This document shows, piece by piece, positions 25,701 through 39,391 of a stretch of DNA of 64,000 nucleotides. Made by a program: the position numbers and the translations under genes. The stretch spans positions 148,986,001-149,050,000 of the forward strand of contig NC_091982.1 of assembly GCF_044704955.1 (NCBI RefSeq), in the 5' to 3' direction. The DNA comes from Pristiophorus japonicus. Its lineage: Eukaryota. Within the stretch, counting starts at the first letter, position 1. Each line of letters begins with the position of its first letter. Below the pieces are notes generated by a model that worked only from the letters and a program-made list of their open reading frames with translations, was not told where the DNA came from and made no database searches.

Positions 25701-28700
25701 GATAGTGAACACAGTATTGTGAACACACGATAGTGAACACAGTGAATGAGCACAGATACTGAACACAGGATATTGAACACAGATAGTGAACACAGGATTA
25801 TGAACACAGCATAGTGAACACAGAGACTGAGCACATATAGTGAACACAGGAGAGTGAACACAAGAAAATGACCATAGATAGTGAACGCACGACAGTGAGC
25901 AGAAGACGTGAACACAGTTAGTGTAACAAGATTGTGAAGATAGGATTTTCAACACAGTCAGTAAAAAGAGGGTAGTGTACACAGACAGCAAACACCATTA
26001 GTGAACACAGGGTATTGAACACAGGATTGTGAATACAGATTGTGAGCACAGGATCATGAACAGAGATAATGAACACATGATAGTGAACACAAGATAGTGA
26101 ACATAGGATAGTGAACACACGATAGCGAGCACAGGATAGTGAGCACAGGATAGTGAGCACAGGATAGAGAACACTGATAGTGAACACACGATAGTGAGCA
26201 CAGCATAGTTAGCACAGGATAGTGAGCACAGAGAGTAAACATGGATGGTGAGCACAGATAGTGAGCACAGCATAGTGAGCACAGGATAGTGAGCACAGAG
26301 AGTAAACATGGATGGTGAGCACAGATAGTGAGCAAAGGATAGTGAACACAGATAGTGAACACGGAATTGTGAATACAGAAAGTGACCACAGATAGTGAAT
26401 GCACAACAGTGAGCACAGGATAGTGAACACAGTTAGTGAACACAGGATGGTGAACACAGGATTGTGAACACAGGATGGTGAACACAGGATTGTGAACACA
26501 GTCAGTAAAAAAGGGTAGTATACACAGACAGCGAACACAGTTAGTGAACACAGATTAGTGAACACAGGATAGTGAATACAGATTGTGAGCTCAGGATCGT
26601 GAACAGAGATAGTGAAGACAGAATAGTAATCACAGATAGTGAGAAGTCAATAGTGAACACATAGTGAACATGAGATAGTGAACACTGAGAGTGAACACAA
26701 GATTCGTGAGTACAGAATAGTGAACCAGGATATTGAACACAGATAGTGAACACAGGATAGTGAACACAGGATAGTGAACAGAGGATAGTGAACACAGATA
26801 GTTAACCCCATATAGTGAACACAGGTTAGTGAACACAATATAGTGAACACGGAGAGTGAGCATAGGATAGTGAACACAGGATAGTGAACATATGCTAGTG
26901 AGCACAGGGAGTGAACACAGTATAGTGAATACAGATTGTGAGCACAGGATCGTGGGCATAGATAGTGAGGACAGAATAGTGAACACAGATTGCGAAAACA
27001 GATAGTAAACAGAGGTTAGTGGACACAGACAGCGAACACAGTTAGTGAACACATGTTAGTGAACACAGGATAGTGAATACAGATTGAGAGCACAGGTTCG
27101 TGAACACAGATAGAGAAGAGAGGATAGTGAACACAGAGAGTGAGCAGAAGTTTGTGAACACTGATTGTGAATGTAGGAGAGTGAACACAGATAGTGAATA
27201 CAACATAGTGAACACAGGATAGTGAGCACAGATAGTGAACACAATAAAGTGAACACAGAATACTGCACAAAGGATATTGAAGACTACAATGAACACAGGA
27301 TAATGAGCACAGGATAGTGAATACAGGATATTGAACACTGACAGTGAACACTGTTAGTGAACACGGGATAGTTAGCACATCAAGTGAACAATGGATAGTG
27401 AACACGGGATAGTGAACAGTGGACAGTGAACACAGGATAGTGAACACAGGATAGTGAACACAGTTAGTGAACACAGGATCGTGAACACAGATAGGGAACA
27501 GTGGATAGTGAACATAGAAAATGTACACAGATAGTGAGCACAGATAATGAACACAGGACAATGAACATTGATAGTGAACACAGGGTAGTGAGCACAGGAT
27601 AGTGAACACAGGATAGAAAACATTGATAGTGAACATTGATAGAGAACAGGGGATAGTGAACACTGATAGTGAACACGGCTTTGTGAGAGCAGATAGTAAA
27701 CAAAGGATAGTGAGCACAGTATACTGAGCAGAGGATAGGGAACACTGACGGTGAACACAGGTTAATGAACACCGAAAATGAACACAGGACAGTGAACAAA
27801 GGATTGTGAACAAAGAATAGTGAACAGTAAGTGAGCAAAGATAGTGAACACAGATACTGAACACGGGACAGTGAAAACAGATAGTGAACACTGATAATGA
27901 ACACAGGATAGTGAACACAGATTGTGAACACAGAATAGTGAACGCAGTTTGTGAACACAGATAGTGAACACAGATAGTGAACAGAGAGAGTGAGCATAGG
28001 ATAAAGAACACATAATAGTGTACAATGATCGTGAACATCGGTAGTGAACACAGGATTGTAAGCACAGGTTGGTGAACACAGAGAGTGAGCATGGATAATG
28101 AGCACAGATAGTGAACATAGGATAGTGAACACAGATAGTGAACACAGAATTGTGAAGACAAAAAGTGACGACAGATAGTGAATGCACAATAGTGAGCACA
28201 GGATAGTGAACACAGATAGTGAACACAGGATGGTGAACACAGGATTGTGAACACAGTCAGAAAAAAGTGTAGTGTACACAGACAGTGAACACAGTTAGTG
28301 AACACAGGGCAGTGATCACAGGATAGTGAATACAGATTGTGAGCACAGGATCATGAACAGAGATGGTGAAGACAGAATAGTGATCACAGATAGTGAGCAA
28401 TCAATAGTGAACACGGTGAACACAGGATAGTGAACATTGAGAGTGAACACAGGATTAGTGAACACAGGATAGTGAACAAGGATAATGAACACAGATAGTG
28501 AACACAGGTTAGTGAACACAGGTCAGTGAACACAGGAGAGTGAGCACAGGATAGTGAGCACAGGATAGTGAGCACAGGATAGTGAGAACTGGATTGGGAA
28601 ACACTGATAGTGAACACAGAATAGTGAACACTGATAGTGAACACAGGATTGTGAGCATAGATAGTGAACAAACAATAGAGAGCACAGGATAGTGAGCAGT

Positions 28701-31700
28701 CGATAGTGAACACAAAGTGAACATGGGATAGTGAACACTGAGAGTGAACACAGGATTAGTGAACACAGGATAGTGAACCAGCATATTGAATACAGATAGT
28801 GAACACTGGATAGTGAACGGGGATAGTGAACACAGGGTTGTGATCACAATATAGTGAACATGGAGAGTTAGCACAGGACAGTGAACACAGGATAGTGAAC
28901 ATACACTAATGAGCACAGGGAGTGAACAGAGTATAGTGAATACAGATTTTGAGCACAGGATCGTGAACATAGATTGTGAGGACAGAAGAGTGAAAACAGA
29001 TTGCGAAAACAGACAGTAACCAGAGGTTAGTGGATACAGACAGCGAACACAGTTAATGAACACATATTAGTGAACACAGGATAGTGAATACAGATTGAGA
29101 GTACAGGATCGTGAACACAGTGAGAGAAGAGAGGATAGTGAACATAGAGAGTGAGCAGAAGTTTGTGAACACTGATTTTGAACGTAGGAGAGTAAACATA
29201 GATAGTGAACACCGCATAGTGAACACAGGATAGTGAGCACAGATAGTGAACACAATAAAGTGAACACAGAATAGTGCAAAAAGGATAGTGAACACTGACC
29301 GTGAACACTGTTAGTGAACACAGGATAGTGAGCACAGATAGTGAACAAAGCATAGTGAACACAGGATAGTGAACAGTGGATAGTGAACACAGGATAGTGA
29401 ACACAGGATAGTGAACACAGGATAGTGAACAAGAATAGTGAACGCAGTTCGTGAACACAGGATTGTGAAAACAGATAGGGAACACCGGATAGTGAACATA
29501 GAAAATGAATACAGATAGTGAACACAGGATAGTGAGCACAGGATAGTGAACACAAGATAGTAAACATTGATAGTGAACATTGATAGTGAACAGGGGAGAG
29601 TGAACACTGATAGTGAACACAGCATTGTGAAAACAGATAATAAACAATGGATAGTGAGCACAGGATAGTGAGCAGAGGATGGGGAACACTGATGGTGAAC
29701 ACAGGTTACTGAACACAGAAAGTGAACACAGGATAGTGAACAAAGGATTGTGAACAAAGAATAGTGAACAGTGAGTGAGCAAAGATAGTGAACACAAGAT
29801 AGTGAACACAGATAGTGAACACGGAACAATGAAAACAGATAGTGAACACATAATTGTGAAGACAGAAAGTGACCACAGATGGTGAATCCACGATAGTGAG
29901 CACAGGATAGTGAACACAGTTGGTGAACACAGGATGGTGAACACAGGATTGTCGACACAGTCAGAAAAAATGGGTAGTGTACACAGACAGTGAACAGAGT
30001 TAATGAACACAGGGTAGTGATCACAGGATATTGAATACAGATTGTGAGCACAGGATCGTGAACAGAGATAGTGAAGGCAGAATAGTGATCACAGATAGTG
30101 AGCAGTCGATAGTGAACACATAGTGAACATGGGATAGTGAACACTGAGAATGAACACAGGATTGTGAGCACAGATAGTGAACAAACGATAGAGAGCGCAG
30201 GATAGTGAGCAGTCGATAGTGAACACTGAGAGTGAACACAGAATTGGTGAACACAGGATAGTGAACCAGGATATTGAATACAGATAGTGAACACAGGATT
30301 GTGAAAACAATATAGTAAACATGGAGAGTGAGCATAGGATATTGAACACGGGATAGTGAAAAGAGTTAGTGAACACAGAATTGTGAACACAGGTAGTGAA
30401 CGCAGGTTGGTGAACACAGGATTGTGAACACAGGATTGTGAACACAGTCAGTAAACTGGGGGTCGTCCACAGACAGCGAACACAGTTAATGAAAACTGGG
30501 TGTGAACACATGATATTGAGCAAACAATAGTGAACACAGGATAGGGATCACAGATAGTAAACACAGGATTGCGAACACAGGATAGTAATCATTTATAGTG
30601 AACAAGGGATAGTGAATACTGATAGTGAACACAGGATAGTGAGCACAGGATAGTGAACAGATGATAGTGAACAATGATCATGAACACAGGATGGTAAACA
30701 CCGGATAGTGAACACAAGACAGTGAACACGGAGAGTTTGCACAGGATAGTGAACACAGATAATTAACACAGGTTATTGAGCAGAGGTAATGAAAACAGAT
30801 AGTGAACACTGGATAGTGTACTCAGGATTGTGAACACAGGATAGTGAACACAAAGAGTGAGGACAGATAATGAACACAGGATATTGAACACAGATAGTGA
30901 ACACAGAATAGTGAACACAGATAATGAACACAGATTTTGAACACAGATAATGAACACAGGATAGTGAATAGATAATAGTGAACACATGATCGTGAACAAA
31001 GGTTAGTAAAGAAAGATAGTGAACAATGGATAGTGAACACAAAATAGTGAGCACAATATTGTGAATACTGATAGAGAACACAGGATAGTGAGCACATATA
31101 TTGAACAATGGATAGTGAACACAGAATCGAGAGCATAGAGAGTGAACAGTGGATATCGAACACTGATAGTGAACACAGGATCGTGATAAAATGATAGGGA
31201 ACACAGGATAGTGAACACAGATAGTGAGCACAGGATCGTGAACAAAGGATAGTGAACACTGATAGTGAACTCTGTATAGTGAACACAGGATAGTGAAGAC
31301 AAGACAGTGAACACGGAGAGGAATCACAGGATAGTGAACACAGGATAGTGAACAGAGATAATGAACACAGTTTAGTGAACACAGATAATGAACACAGAGA
31401 ATGAACACAGGATAGTGAAGACTGGATTGTGAACGCAGGAAAGTGAAAACAGATAGTGAGCACAGATAGTGATTACAGAATAATAAACACAGATAGTGAC
31501 ACATGGATAGTGAACACAAATAATGAACATAAGATAGTGAACACAGGATAGTGAACACAGGGTAGTGAACATGGATAGTGAGCACAGGATAGTGAACAAG
31601 GATAGTGAAACAGGATCGGGAACACAGATAATGAACACGGATAGTGAACACCCATAATGAACACAGGATAGTGAACAAATAATTGTGATCTCAGGAAAGT

Positions 31701-34700
31701 GAACACAGTTAGTGAACTCAGCACAGAGAGCACAGGATTGTGAACACAGATAGTGAACACAAGTTAGTGAACACAGGATTGTGACCGCAGTTAGTGAACA
31801 CACATAGTGAACACATGATGTGAACACTGTGTAGTGAACACAGTATAGTGAGCAAAGGATATTAACACAGTTAGTGAACACAGGATCGTGAACAGAGATA
31901 GTGAATGCAGGATACTGAGCATAGGATAGTGAAAAAAATTAGTGAACACAGGACTTTGAACACATGATATTGAACACAGTCAGTAAACAGAGGGAAGTGT
32001 ACACAGACAGATAACACAGCTAGTGAACACTGAATAGTGAACACAGGATAGTGAACAAAATTTGTGAACACAGGATAGTGAACACAGATAGTGAACACAT
32101 AATATAGAAAGGTTGTGAACACAGGATAGTGAACACAGATAGAGAACACAAAATAGTGAACACAAGACAGTCAAGATTGTGAATATTGATAGTGAACACA
32201 GGATAGTGAACACCGAGAGTGAACAGTAGATAGTGAACACTGATAGTGAACACACAATAATGAACATGGATAGTGAACACAGATAGTGTAGACCTGATAG
32301 TGAACAGAGGATAGTGAACACAGATAGTTAACCCCAGATAGTGAACACAGGTTTGTGAACACAAGATTGTGAACACGGAGAGTGAGCACAGGATAGTGAA
32401 CACAGGATAGTGAACAGAGATAATGAACACAGTATAGTGAACACAGATAATGAACACAAATAGTGAACACAGGATAGTGAACACTGGATTGTGAATGAAG
32501 GAAAGTGAACACAGATAGTGTGCACAGATAGTAAATACAGAATACTAAACATAGATAGTGACACATAGATAGTGAACACAGATAATGAACACAAGATAGT
32601 GAACAAAGAATAGTGAACACAGGGTAGTGAACATGGATAGTGAGCACAGGATAGTGAACAAGTATAGTGAACACAGGATCGGGAACACAGAGAGTGAACA
32701 CAGAGAGTGTACACAGATAGTGAACAGCCATAATGAACAAAGGATAGTGAACAATTAATAGTGAACTCAGGAAAGTGAACACAGTTAGTGAACTCGGCAT
32801 AGTGAGCACAGGATTGTGAACACAGATAGTGAACACAAGTTTGTGAACACAGGATTGTGACTACAGTTAGTGAACACATAGTGAACACATGATTGTGAAC
32901 ACTGTGTATTGAACACTGATTAGTGAGTGAAGGATATTAACACAGTTAGTGAACACAGGATCATGAACAGAGATAGTTAATACACGATACTGAGCACAGG
33001 ATAGAGAAAACAGTCAGTGAATACAGGATTGTGAACACATGATATTGAACACAGTCAGTAAACAGATGGAAGTGTACACAGACAGATAACACAGTTAGTG
33101 AACAATGAAAAGTGAACACAGGATAGTGAACACAATTTGAGAATACAGGATAGTGAACCCTGATAGTGAACACAGATAATATAGAAAGGTAGTGAACACA
33201 GGATAGTGAACACAGATAGAGAACACAGAATAGTGAACACAAAACAGTCAAGATTGTGAATATTGATATTGAACACAGGATAGCGACACAGGATATTGAA
33301 CACTGATAGTGAACAGTGGATCATGAATACTGATAGTGAATACAGAAGAGTGAAAACAGATAGTGAACACCTGATAGTGAACAGAGGATAGTGAACACAG
33401 AGAGTGAATCCCAGATAGTGAACACAGGTTTGTGAACACAAGATTGTGAACACGGAGAGTGAGCACACGATAGTGAACACAGGACAGTGAACGGAAATAG
33501 TGAACACGATAGTGAACACAGATAGTGAACACAGGATAGTGAGCACACATAGTGAGCACAGGTATTTTACACAGATATCGAAAACAGGAAAGTGAACACA
33601 GATAGTAAACACAGAATAATGAACACAGATAGTGAACAAAATAGTGAACACATAAAATGAAGAGAGAATAGTGAACACAGATAGTGAACACAGTATAGTG
33701 AACACAGGATAGTGAGCACAGATAGTGAACACAGGATAGTGAACACAGAGAGTGAGCACATATAGTGAACACAGGATAGTGTACACAGTAGTGATTGCGG
33801 ATAGTGAACACAGGATAATGAACACAGATATTGAACACACATAATGAACACAGGATAGGGAACAGGTAATAGTGAACACATTATAGTGAACACAGGAAAG
33901 TGAACATAGATAGCGAACTCAGGATAGTGAGAACATTTTAGTGAACACAGTAGTGAACACAGGATAGTGAACACAGGATTGTGAACACCAGTTGGTGAAG
34001 ACACATAATGATCTGAATTGTGAACACTGTGCAATGAACACTGTATAGAGAGCACAGGATAGTGAACACAGGATAGTGAACGCAGGAGAGTGAACAGAGA
34101 TAATGAACACAGGATTGTGAACACAATATAGTGAACATGGAGAGTGAGCACAGGATAGTGAACACAGGACTGTGAACATAGTTAGTGAACACAGGATAGT
34201 CAACACAGATAGTGAACGTAGGATAGTGTGCAGAGTATAGTGAACACAGTTAGTGAACACTGGATTGTGAACACAGTCAGTAAACAGAGGTTAGTATACA
34301 CAGACAGCGAACACAGTTAGTGAAAAAGGGAGTGAACACAGGATAGTGAGCAAAGTATAGTGAACACAGGATAGTTATTAAAGATAGTGAACACAGGATA
34401 ATGAGCAGATATAGTGAACAAAGGACAGTGAGCACAGGATAGTGAACAGAGGATAGTTAACAATGATATTGAATACAGGATAATGAATACAGGATAGTGA
34501 ACACAAGACAGTGAACATGGAGAGTTAGCACTGGATAGTCAACACAGGAGAGTAAACACAGGAAATTAACACAGGTTAGTGAGCACAGGAAATTAACACA
34601 GATAGTGAATGCAGGATAGTGAACACAGTATTGTGAACACAGGATAGTGAACACAGAGAGTGAGCATAGATAGTGAACACAGGATATTGAACACAGATAG

Positions 34701-37700
34701 TGAACACAGGATTATGAACACAGGATAGTGAACACAGAGACTGAGCACATATAGTGAACACAGGAGAGTGAACACAGGAAAATGACCATAGATAGTGAAC
34801 GCATGACAGTGAGCAGAAGATAGTGAACACAGTTAGTGAACACAAGATTGTGAAGATGGGATTTTCAACACAGTCAGTAAAAAGAGGGTAGTGTACAGAG
34901 ACAGCGAACACCGTTAGTGAACACAGGTTAGTGAACACATGATAATGAACACAGGATAGTGAACACACGATAGTGAGCACAGGATAGTGAGCACAGGATA
35001 GTGAGCACAGGATAGAGAACACTGATAGTGAACACACGATAGTGAGCACAGGTAGTGAGTACAGGATAATGAACACAGATAGTGAACACGGAATTGGGAA
35101 GACAGAAAGTGACCACAGATAGTGAATGCACAATAGTGAGCACAGGATAGTGAACACAGTTAGTGAACACAGGATGGTGAACACAGGATTGTGAACACAG
35201 GATGGTGAACACAGGATTGTGAACACAGTCAGTAAAAAGGGTGGTATACACAGACAGCGAACACAGTTAGTGAACACAGGAGAGTGAACACAAGATAGTG
35301 AATACAGATTGTGAGCACAGGATCATGAACAGAGATAGTGAAGACAGAATAGTGATCACAGATAGTGAGAAGTCAATAGTGAACATGGGATAGTGAACAC
35401 TGAGAGTGAACACAAGATTCGTGAGTACAGAATAGTGAACACGGGATAGTGAACACAGGATAGTGAACAGGGATAGTGAACACAGGATTGTGAACACAAT
35501 ATAGTGAACATGGAGAGTGAGCATAGGATAGTGAACACAAGATAGTGAACATATGCTAGTGAGCACAGGGATTGAACACAGTATAGTGGATACAGATTGT
35601 GAGCACAGGATCGTGAACATAGATAGCGAGGACAGAATATTGAACACAGATTGCGAAAACAGATAGTAAACAGAGGTTAGTGGACACAGACAGCGAACAC
35701 AGTTAGTGAACACATGTTAGTGAACACAGGATAGTGAATACAGATTGAGAGCACAGGATCATGAACACAGAGAGAGAAGAGAGGATAGTGAACACAGAGA
35801 GTGAGCAGAAGTTTGTGAACACTGATTGTGAACGTAGGAGAGTGAACACAGATAGTGAACACAGCATAGTGAACACAGGATAGTGAGCACAGATAGTGTA
35901 CACAATAAAGTGAACACAGAATAGTGCACGAAGGAAATTGAAGCCTACAATGAACACAGGATAATGAGCACAGGATAGTGATCACAGGATAGTGAACACT
36001 GACAGTTAACACTGTTAGCGAACACGGGGTAGTTAGCACATCAAGTGAACAATGGATAGTGAACACAGGATAGTGAACAGTGGATAGTTAACAGAGATAG
36101 TGAACACAGGATAGTGAACACAGGATAGTGAACACAGTTAGTGAACACAGGATAGTGAACACAGGATCGAGAACACAGATAGGGAACACTGGATAGTGAA
36201 CATAGAAAATGAACACTGATAGTGAGCACAGATAATGAACACAGGACAGTGAACACTGATAGTGAACACAGGATAGTGAGCACATGATAGTGAACACAGG
36301 ATTAGTGAACACAGGATAGTGAACAAGGATAATGAACACAGATAGTGAACACAGGTTCGTGAACACAGGAGAGTGAACACAGGAGAGTGAGCACAGAATA
36401 GTGAGCACAGGATAGTGAGAACTGGATTGGGAAACACTGATAGTGAACACAGAATAGTGAACACTGATAGTGAACACCGGATTGTGAGAATAGATAGTGA
36501 ACAAACGATAGAGAGCACAGGATAGTGAGCAGTCGATAGTGAACACATAGTGAACATGGGATAGTGAACACTGAGAGTGAACACAGGATTAGTGAACACA
36601 GGATAGTGAACCAGGATATTGAATACAGATAGTGAACACAGGATAGTGAATGGGGATAGTGAACACAGGGTTGTGAACACAATATAGTGAACATAGAGAG
36701 TTAGCACAGGACAGTGAACACAGGATAGTGAACATACACTAGTGAGCACAGGGATGAACACAGTATAGTGAATACAGATTTTTAGCACAGGATCGTGAAC
36801 ATAGATAGTGAGGACAGAAGAGTGAAAACAGATTGTGAAAACAGACAATAACCAGAGGTTAGTGGATACAGACAGCGAACACAGTTAGTGAACACATATT
36901 AGTGAACACAGGATAATGAATACAGATTGAGAGTACAGGATCATGAACACAGATAGAGAAGAGAGGATAGTGAACACAGAGAGTGAGCAGAAGTTTGTAC
37001 ACACTGATTTTGAACGTAGGAGAGTAAACACAGATAGTGAACACTGCATAGTGAACACAGGATAGTGAGCACAGATAGTGAACACAATAAAGTGAACACA
37101 GAATAGTGCAAAAAGGAGAGTGAACACTACAATGAACACAGGATAGTGAGCACAGGATAGTGAACACTGACAGTTAACACTGTTCGCGAACACGGGATAG
37201 TTAGCACATCAAGTGAACAAAGGATAGTGAACACAGGATAGTGAACAGTGGATAGTGAACAGAGATAGTGAACACAGGATAGTGAACACAGGATAGTGAA
37301 CACAGTTAGTGAACACAGGATAGTGAACACAGGATCGTGAACACAGATAGGGAACACTGGATAGTGAACATAGAAAATGAACACAGATAGTGAGCACAGA
37401 TAATGAACACAGGACAGTGAACACTGATAGTGAACACAGGATAGTGAGCACATGATAGTGAACACAGGATAGTGAACATTGGTCGTGAACATTGATAGAT
37501 AACAGGGGATAGTGAACACTGATAGTGAACATGGCTTTGTGAGAACAGATAGTAAACAAAGGATAGTGAGCACAGGATAGTGAGCAGAGGATAGGGAACA
37601 CTGATGGTGAACACAGGTTAATGAACACCGAAAGTGAACACAGGACAGTGAACAAAGAATTGTGAACAAAGAATAGTGAACAGAAAGTGAGCGCAGATAG

Positions 37701-38737
37701 TGAACACAAGATAGTGAACACAGATACTGAACACGGGACAGTGAAAACAGATAGTGAACACTGATAATGAACACAGGATAGTGAACACAGATTGTGAACA
37801 CAGAATAGTGAACACAGTTTGTGAACACAGATAGTGAACACAGATAGTGAACAGAGAGTGAGCATAGGATAGTGAACACACAATAGTGTACAATGATCGT
37901 GAACATGGGTGGTGAACACAGGATTGCGAGCACAGGCTGGTGAACACAGAGAGTGAGCATGGATAATGAGCAAAGATAGTGAACATAGGATAGTGAACAC
38001 TGATAGTGAACACAGGGTGGTGAACACGGGATTGTGAACACAGTCAGAAAAAAGGGTAGTGTACACAGACAGTGAACACAGTTAGTGAACACAGGGCAGT
38101 GATCACAGGATAGAGAATACAGATTGTGAGCATAGGATCGTGAACAGAGATGGTGAAGACAGAATAGTGATCACAGATAGTGAGCAGTCAATAGTGAACA
38201 CGGTGAACACTGGATATTGAACACTGCGAGTGAACACAGGATTAGTGAACACAGGATAGTGAACAAGGATAATGAACACGGATAGTGAACACAGGTTAGT
38301 GAACACAGGAGAGTGAACACAGGAGAGTGAGCACAGAATAGTGAGCACGGGATAGTGAGAACTGGATTGGGAAACACTGATAGTGAACACAGAATAGTGA
38401 ACACTGATAGTGAACACAGGATTGTGAACATAGATAGTGAACAAACGATAGAGAGCACAGGATAGTGAGCAGTCGATAGTGAACACATAGTGAACATGGG
38501 ATAGTGAACACTGAGAGTGAACACAGGATTAGTGAACACAGGATAGTGAACCAGGATATTGAATACAGATAGTGAACACAGGATTGTGAACGGGGATAGT
38601 GAACACAGGGTTGTGAACACAATATAGTGAACATAGAGAGTTAGCACAGGACAGTGAATACAGGATAGTGAACATACACTAGTGAGCACAGGGATGAACA
38701 CAGTATAGTGAATACAGATTTTGAGCACAGGATCGTG
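22755..38737 (+). repeat. Degenerate 13/14-bp satellite, segment 3
   Basis: Same monomers and orientation. Contains an ~9-kb-offset block duplication (22.8-27 kb vs 32-35.7 kb) and 1.2-2 kb sub-blocks (CAGAGGTTAGTGGA at 27010, 29021, 35671, 36853). Confidence 0.97.
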
Positions 38738-39391
38738 AACACTCAGAGTCGGTTCCAATGCTGATGCGGCCTTTATTACGCTTAGCAGGGAGGAAATCAC
38801 AAGACTGAGTCCAGGCTTCTCTCCACAGAACAAAGGGTTACATTCACTTTTATATGTTTCACAACAGTTACAAACAGTTTACTACAGTTACACAGCCCAT
38901 CACGGCTGGACACAAGCCAATCACAACGATTATAGATTACATATAGGTTCTTTTAACCCAATAGAATTCCCCTTATGCCTAAGGAACCATGTATTCATCT
39001 CTTGTCAGCTTGGGCTGATTGATATAGGTTCTCTCACTAGTTCTTTCTTCTTGGAGAAATCATTGGTTTATAACCTTGTTTACAGGAGATGGGTTCTCTT
39101 ATCTCTTTCTTCCTGGGGAATTAATTGGTTTATGGCCTTGAATACGGGAGATGGGTTCTCTCCTCATTATACTTATCCTGCATCCAAGGCATTCCTATAG
39201 TGGGCCTCACAGGGTTATTGCTCGGTCATTGAACATTCAACAGTTCACAGCTTGACTACCTGATTTCCCATCATGTCTAGGCAGCCATTTTATGTGTGGC
39301 CACTTTAAACTTATATGCGTTTAGATATATCTAGCAGGTGCCTAATGCCTAGTATTCTGGTATATTCTAAAGGTGCCTACCTCCTACAACA
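38738..39391 (-). mobile_element. Solo LTR copy 2 (654 bp), same family as 9498-10201, missing 34 bp of the U5 end
   Basis: Aligns to 9532-10201 with about 15 substitutions (manual count) and one 16-bp deletion at ~39023. Right end intact (...CTACAACA); left junction fused to satellite GTGAACA through AACA microhomology. Empty paralogous site at ~36791-36815. Confidence 0.88.

Noticed and set aside
9498-39391. The two LTRs as the ends of one 30-kb provirus
   Set aside because: Copy 1 has its own TSD on both sides, each copy has a separate empty paralog, and no PBS, PPT, gag or pol lies between them.
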